DNA from: Tenericutes bacterium MZ-XQ
GTDB lineage: Bacteria; Bacillota_I; Bacilli_A; Acholeplasmatales; Acholeplasmataceae
Assembly (NCBI GenBank): GCA_002838205.1
Contig: CP017950.1
Coordinates: 686,858-750,857 of the forward strand
Direction of reading: 5' to 3'
DNA: 64,000 bases
Both the position numbers and the translations under genes were made by a program. Below are positions 59,560 to 64,000 of this stretch, piece after piece; position 1 is the first letter of the stretch; each line of letters starts with the position of its first letter. The notes beneath the pieces are model-generated. The model searched no databases. It was not told the DNA's origin and saw nothing but the letters and a program-made list of their open reading frames with translations.

Positions 59560-60903
59560 TTTTTTTATTTTTGAACTATTTCTTATATTTCATCGTATAA
59601 TAACTCGAGGTGAAAGAAATGAAACAAAGAAAAACAAGTCAACAAAAGGATAAAATAGTATTATCCTATCATAATGGAGTTAACGTAGCTACTCTCGCAA
59701 AAAGGCATAAGATAAGTCGTAGCATTATCTATCTTTGGATAAATGAAACAAAAAGAGTGAAATTACTCAAGAAAAGACATTCACTAGAATTTAAAAATGA
59801 GGTTATTCAAAAAATAAAGGGTGGATCAAAGGTTATAGAAATATGTGAACTATATCAGCTATCAAAATCAACCGTTTATCATTGGATTGACACAATAGGT
59901 ACATTGCCTTTAAAAAAAAGTCAAGTGAAAGTTATTGAAAAAGCTAAGTATGATGCATTACATCAATTATTTAGAACATATTCTATAACAAACCAAATGT
60001 CAGTTAATGAAAGAATTTCATTGATTACTTTAAACAGTAAAACACACTCCATTGAGTTTATGTGCAAGTTATTTAATGTAACAAGATCTACATATTATAA
60101 CTATAAAAATCATCAAACAACTCCTGCAATTGAAAGGGATAAATTACTCAAAGAAAAAATCATGTTTATATATAATAAGCAAAACAAAATAGCCAGTGCT
60201 GCTAAATACAAAGTCATATTGCAGGAGCAACAAATCATTGCCAGTGAAAAGAAGATAAGGTATCTCATGCATGAACTTGGTTTGCAGTTCAGCAAAGAGA
60301 ATAAAGCTAAAAAATATAACAGACCAAAAACATCCATCAAATATAGAAACTTACTAAAACAAGACTTCAATCAGGCAATGCCAAATCGCGTTTGGGTTAG
60401 TGATATCACAGAAATCAAAATAAATTATAGACCTGTCTATTTATGTGTGATTATTGATCTCTTTGCTAGAAAGGTTATAGCTTTTGATATATCAAAAATA
60501 AACAATACTAGATTATCATTAAACACTTATAAACAAGCTACAAACTATAGAAAGACACATCCAATGATGTTTCACTCTGACAGAGGTGTTCAATACACAT
60601 CAAAAATCTTTAGAACACATCTTCAAAAGTTTAATGTCCAACTATCCTATAGTGCTGTTGGTTATCCTTATGATAATGCAGCTATGGAATCATTTTTCTC
60701 TCACTTCAAAAGAGAAGCTGTTTATCCAAGTTATCCTTTTCCTACAGATCAAGCTTACAAACTTAAAGTAAATGAATATATGGACTACTATAATAAGAAA
60801 AGATTGCATTCGGGTATAGGCATGATTACACCTAATCTAAAAGAAAGCATATATAAAAAAGCTGATACACAAAGGCTTGTGTATCAGCTCTAATTATAAA
60901 ATT
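59560..60903 (+). mobile_element. IS3-family insertion sequence, copy 2 (ends not resolved; right end abuts the tRNA-Ser 3' end)
   Basis: 427-aa transposase ORF ending 10 nt from the tRNA-Ser CCA end. Confidence 0.45.
59610..60893 (+). CDS. IS3-family transposase (two HTH motifs plus DDE integrase core, single ORF)
   Basis: DDE/rve motifs WVSDITEI, HSDRGVQYT, YPYDNAAMESFF, NKKRLHSGIG. Confidence 0.8.
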   Translation: MKEMKQRKTSQQKDKIVLSYHNGVNVATLAKRHKISRSIIYLWINETKRVKLLKKRHSLEFKNEVIQKIKGGSKVIEICELYQLSKSTVYHWIDTIGTLPLKKSQVKVIEKAKYDALHQLFRTYSITNQMSVNERISLITLNSKTHSIEFMCKLFNVTRSTYYNYKNHQTTPAIERDKLLKEKIMFIYNKQNKIASAAKYKVILQEQQIIASEKKIRYLMHELGLQFSKENKAKKYNRPKTSIKYRNLLKQDFNQAMPNRVWVSDITEIKINYRPVYLCVIIDLFARKVIAFDISKINNTRLSLNTYKQATNYRKTHPMMFHSDRGVQYTSKIFRTHLQKFNVQLSYSAVGYPYDNAAMESFFSHFKREAVYPSYPFPTDQAYKLKVNEYMDYYNKKRLHSGIGMITPNLKESIYKKADTQRLVYQL

Positions 60904-60992
60904 TGGCGGAGGAAAAGGGATTTGAACCCTTGCACCTTTTACAGTCTACGAGCTTTCCAAGCCCGCCTCTTCAGCCACTTGAGTATTCCTCC
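60904..60992 (-). tRNA. tRNA-Ser (anticodon GGA)
   Basis: Reverse complement folds as GGAGGAA/TTCCTCC acceptor, anticodon loop TTGGAAA, long variable arm, T-arm GGGTTCAAATCCC, 3' CCA encoded. Confidence 0.8.
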
Positions 60993-60995
60993 ACA

Positions 60996-61072
60996 TGGTG
61001 CACCCGACATGAATTGAACATGCGACCTTAACCTTCGGAGGGTTACGCTCTATCCAACTGAGCTACGGATGC
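60996..61072 (-). tRNA. tRNA-Arg (anticodon CCG)
   Basis: Reverse complement GCATCCGTAGCTCAGTTGGATAGAGCGTAACCCTCCGAAGGTTAAGG...CGGGTGCACCA. Anticodon loop CTCCGAA. 3 nt from tRNA-Ser. Confidence 0.8.
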
Positions 61073-61113
61073 GACCACTTTATATTATCATATATGTGTG
61101 ATTTTTGTCTATA

Positions 61114-61524
61114 TCATTGTACTGTTTTATCAAGGAGTTCATAAAGTCTTTTTACTTCTTCCAAAGTTAGATCATAATGTTTGACCATTTCCAAAGGAAT
61201 ATGCATTAAGTCTTCTTTTAGTTTAACTCCTAATTCAGTTAACTCAATATATACTCTTCTCTCATCATCTTTACCGCGTATTCTTTTTAAGATTCCTCTT
61301 TTTTCTAACTTTTTAATCAATGGTGTTAATGTACCTGAATCTAAACCCAGTCTATCTCCAATTTCGCTAATGGTTCGGTTGTCTTTCTCAAATAAAACGA
61401 TAAGTGTAATGTATTGGGTATATGTTAGCTGAAATGGCTCCAAATAATCTTGATATATTCTTGATATTTTTCTAAAATTAGAATACATCAAAAAGCATAA
61501 TTGATCATCTAGATTCCAAATCAT
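61114..61524 (-). CDS. MarR family transcriptional regulator
   Basis: 136 aa winged-helix MarR pattern (SEIGDRLGLDSGTLTPLIKKLEKRGILKRIR). Confidence 0.7.
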   Translation of the reverse strand: MIWNLDDQLCFLMYSNFRKISRIYQDYLEPFQLTYTQYITLIVLFEKDNRTISEIGDRLGLDSGTLTPLIKKLEKRGILKRIRGKDDERRVYIELTELGVKLKEDLMHIPLEMVKHYDLTLEEVKRLYELLDKTVQ

Positions 61525-62042
61525 TACAATACCTCTTGGATATAGCTTTCAATTTTTTCTGGTTTAAACCCCGGACTAAATCTCTTAACTACGTTTCCAT
61601 CTCTATCTACAAGAAACTTAGTGAAATTCCATTTGATGTTGTTCCCAAAAATGATCTTTCTAAAAAACCCTTCAGGTTTACCATTATCTTTAAGTTCATA
61701 AGGAGCATGTTGCTTTAAATAATTATAAAGAGGCTCTTCTTTATTACCATTTACATCAATTTTTGCAAATGTCTCAAATTGTGTACCATATGTAAGTTCA
61801 CAAAAAGATTTAATCTCTTCATTGGTTCCTGGAGCTTGATTCATAAATTGATTTGAAGGAAAATCAAGTATTTCAAATCCTTGATCTTTGTAAGTTTCAT
61901 ACAACTTTTCTAAACCCTCATATTGAGGTGCAAATCCACATTTTGGTGCAGTGTTTACGATCAGTAAAACTTTACCCTTATACTGATCAAGCGCTACATC
62001 TTCATTCTTGATATTCTTGACTTTAAAATCATAGATTTTCAT
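61524..62042 (-). CDS. gpx: glutathione peroxidase family protein
   Basis: GPx motifs LIVNTAPKCGFAPQY and FPSNQF. Likely start MKIYDF. Confidence 0.8.
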   Translation of the reverse strand: MKIYDFKVKNIKNEDVALDQYKGKVLLIVNTAPKCGFAPQYEGLEKLYETYKDQGFEILDFPSNQFMNQAPGTNEEIKSFCELTYGTQFETFAKIDVNGNKEEPLYNYLKQHAPYELKDNGKPEGFFRKIIFGNNIKWNFTKFLVDRDGNVVKRFSPGFKPEKIESYIQEVL

Positions 62043-62138
62043 ATCTATCCTCCATTTATATTTTATACAATTATATTTTATCAAATATTTTGATAAAAAG
62101 ATAGCGTTCTGCTTACTTTATCGTCAGTATATAAAAAA

Positions 62139-62215
62139 TGGTCGGGACGACAAGATTTGAACTTGCGACCTCTTGGACCCCATCCAAGCGCGCTACCAAA
62201 CTACGCCACGTCCCG
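62139..62215 (-). tRNA. tRNA-Pro (anticodon GGG)
   Basis: Reverse complement CGGGACGTGGCGTAGTTTGGTAGCGCGCTTGGATGGGGTCCAAGAGGTCGCAAGTTCAAATCTTGTCGTCCCGACCA. Cloverleaf with anticodon loop ATGGGGT. Confidence 0.8.
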
Positions 62216-62293
62216 ACACATTTAACCTCCATTATTTTAACATGTTTTTGTCATTAAAAAAAGATACCGACGCTAAGTCAGTATCATTTTTAT

Positions 62294-63619
62294 TTATGTT
62301 GCAAGTGAACCCATTGGATCCCAAGGCTTTAATACCTTTGGTTCTTCTTCCCAAGCTTTAAGTTGAGCTTCACTTAAATATTTCTTATGAATCACTGCTT
62401 GATAAACATACTGATCAAACCAAGAATCAGAAGCCATATAATATCCCTTATTTCCGTTTTGGTCTCCCCAGCTATTTTGAATTTTCCATCTTTGTGGTCT
62501 TTGATCATCTAAATGAACTGCAGTTAAAACCATCGCATGATTCATTGCACTTTGTGCATAATCTAACTGATCGGCTTTTGACATCTCAAAAGACATACCA
62601 AGCATTTCTTCATAATCAAATTTTTCATCATCCCAAATGCCAGCTTTACGATCTCCAAATCTAGCGACATCAGAGCCAAACCATACAACTTCTTGATTAA
62701 GCATTTGTTTTAAAACTAAGTCTTTTAAATCTTTCATCTTTAGATTCAAATACTTAATGTCTTTCCCACCGATGACGTTCCCTAAATAAGCAACTGTATA
62801 AGTTTTCATAAATGGCTTATCGGTTGTAGGCGCATTGATGATTGATACATAATCACTTAAAACATCACCGACATGATCTTGATAAAATGACTTTGGATTT
62901 AAATCTTTAATGACTTGATACTTTTCATCAACAACATACTCAAAATCAAACGACTTAGGTGGCATACCAAAATTTAAAACTAAAAACGTATATAACTCAT
63001 CAAGCGTTTTTTCTTTTAACTTAGCGATGTCTATTTCTTGTCCATTTTGCTTTAAATGTCTGGCGTTTGCAGCATATTGTCTTAACTTAACGTTAATCAT
63101 TTGATTCATAATACGTGTTCCAGATGATGATGTTGTCTCTTCCATTGCTTCTTTTGGAACGACACCATATTTTTCAATCAGTGAGACAAACATATCCCAT
63201 TGCCCACCATCTTGAATACCTGTTTGCAGTACATGTTTTAATGTACGATCATCAGCATCAACATCTAAGAAATCATCCATGATTTCTATAAAGTAATTTA
63301 TTTTCTCGAACTTATCCCAAAATGCTGTATAGTTTTGTGATAACTCGAAATTTTTTAAATTATATTTTTTTGCAACAAGTTCTCTTAAGACATTGAGTCC
63401 TGCAAAAATCCAGCATCTACCACTCGCTTTTTGATTGGTTACTGGCATTGTTTTAATCTCATGTGAAAACTTAAACTGGTTTTTCAAACTTGATTCTTGT
63501 TTATCAAATATATTGTGTAACTCATTTTTTACCAGCACTCTTGATAAAGCCTTTTGAACTGGTTTTTGATTAAAACTTTCATTAAATTTTTTTAAATCTT
63601 TTGTTTGAATTGCTTTCAA
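62294..63619 (-). CDS. pepC: aminopeptidase C (bleomycin hydrolase, C1 peptidase family)
   Basis: 441 aa with active-site Cys context QKASGRCWIFAGLN and C-terminal His/Asn region. Confidence 0.8.
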   Translation of the reverse strand: MKAIQTKDLKKFNESFNQKPVQKALSRVLVKNELHNIFDKQESSLKNQFKFSHEIKTMPVTNQKASGRCWIFAGLNVLRELVAKKYNLKNFELSQNYTAFWDKFEKINYFIEIMDDFLDVDADDRTLKHVLQTGIQDGGQWDMFVSLIEKYGVVPKEAMEETTSSSGTRIMNQMINVKLRQYAANARHLKQNGQEIDIAKLKEKTLDELYTFLVLNFGMPPKSFDFEYVVDEKYQVIKDLNPKSFYQDHVGDVLSDYVSIINAPTTDKPFMKTYTVAYLGNVIGGKDIKYLNLKMKDLKDLVLKQMLNQEVVWFGSDVARFGDRKAGIWDDEKFDYEEMLGMSFEMSKADQLDYAQSAMNHAMVLTAVHLDDQRPQRWKIQNSWGDQNGNKGYYMASDSWFDQYVYQAVIHKKYLSEAQLKAWEEEPKVLKPWDPMGSLAT

Positions 63620-63634
63620 AATGCCACTTCCTTT

Positions 63635-64000
63635 TTATAGGTTTAATCTGCGTTCATCATTAAATGTTTCAACAATCGCATAATCATTATCTTTAACAAT
63701 AACTAAACTTGTATTCACATAATTAATGATATTTGATACTCTTTGTGGAGGTACAGCAATTAATAATTGTATGCTTAATGAATTATAAAATTTCATCATC
63801 GCATCAATTCTACTTTCATCCATATTGTTAAATGCTTCATCAAATAAAACAATACAACCAGAATCAATTCTTCTATTTTTAGTCAGTAATTGTTGGAATG
63901 ATGCCGCAATAACAATGTAGAATGGTACTTGTGTTTCTCCACCACTCTTTTCTTTTGAAACTTTTGAGAAAAGCGATTTATTACCATTGATATTTGTTAC
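63635..64000 (-). CDS. C-terminal portion of an SMC/Rad50/SbcC-like ATPase (gene continues beyond window end)
   Basis: In-frame translation of 63635-64000 (minus) gives ...KVSKEKSGGETQVPFYIVIAASFQQLL...GCIVLFDEAFNNMDESRID..., i.e. an ABC signature-like SGGE plus Walker B/D-loop DEAF..D. Confidence 0.5.
   Translation of the reverse strand, partial: VTNINGNKSLFSKVSKEKSGGETQVPFYIVIAASFQQLLTKNRRIDSGCIVLFDEAFNNMDESRIDAMMKFYNSLSIQLLIAVPPQRVSNIINYVNTSLVIVKDNDYAIVETFNDERRLNL

Noticed and set aside
59560-60903. IS3 copy 2 as the entity that integrated into tRNA-Ser and created the 27-nt duplication
   Set aside because: IS3-family elements make 3-5 bp target duplications, not 27-nt tRNA-end repeats. 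The duplicate more likely reflects an integrase-type event, with the IS a later occupant.

Overview
This 64 kb window looks like a chromosomal segment from a low-GC (about 30%) Bacillota-type genome (the organism is not identifiable from sequence alone). Almost all genes are on the minus strand. Coordinates 1 to about 42 kb are mostly core genes; from about 43 kb the window becomes accessory, with metal-resistance modules, IS3-family copies and a tRNA cluster. Gene order, left to right:
- A type II fatty-acid synthesis cluster (fabD partial, fabK, fabH, accA, accD, accC, accB).
- A D-2-hydroxyacid dehydrogenase, then an IS110-family insertion with a long structured 5' non-coding region, then GNAT and cyclase genes.
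- zwf, a short-form gnd, an AlkA-like glycosylase and ggt.
- An unusual operon of acidic lipoprotein, ECF sigma factor and anti-sigma factor, in which the lipoprotein and the anti-sigma ectodomain are paralogous and both end in 40-50 residue poly-Asp/Glu tails. A third paralog lies at 57.8 kb.
- Housekeeping genes (MFS transporter, guanylate-kinase-like, epimerase, tsaC/sua5).
- A translationally coupled pair: a 660-aa regulator (MBL-like domain, degenerate GGDEF, receiver with Glu in place of the phospho-acceptor Asp) and a 950-aa membrane GT2 processive synthase with an N-terminal helical-repeat domain. This looks like a candidate exopolysaccharide system with a degenerate-GGDEF receptor.
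- psuK/psuG, a split permease, an NfeD-flotillin operon, a TspO-like membrane protein, NUDIX, a CotH-like lipoprotein, ASCH, pepF, a PNP-family phosphorylase and an ABC-F ATPase.
- From about 43 kb, an accessory region: orphan merA plus a serine-recombinase remnant, cadC-cadA, a stand-alone RNase III paralog, and a crp-family regulator with a CPG-motif P1B ATPase and copZ. Each module is delimited by a recurring repeat (TAATACAATT + 1-3 x TTAGCACCCT/TTACACCCC + AATTATGGCTTA).
- Then an XRE membrane regulator, a GNAT-methyltransferase fusion, two IS3-family elements, a transposase fragment fused to a 25/27-nt copy of the tRNA-Ser 3' end, tRNA-Ser/Arg/Pro, marR-gpx, pepC and the C-terminus of an SMC/Rad50-like ATPase.
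No rRNA genes or CRISPR arrays were seen.
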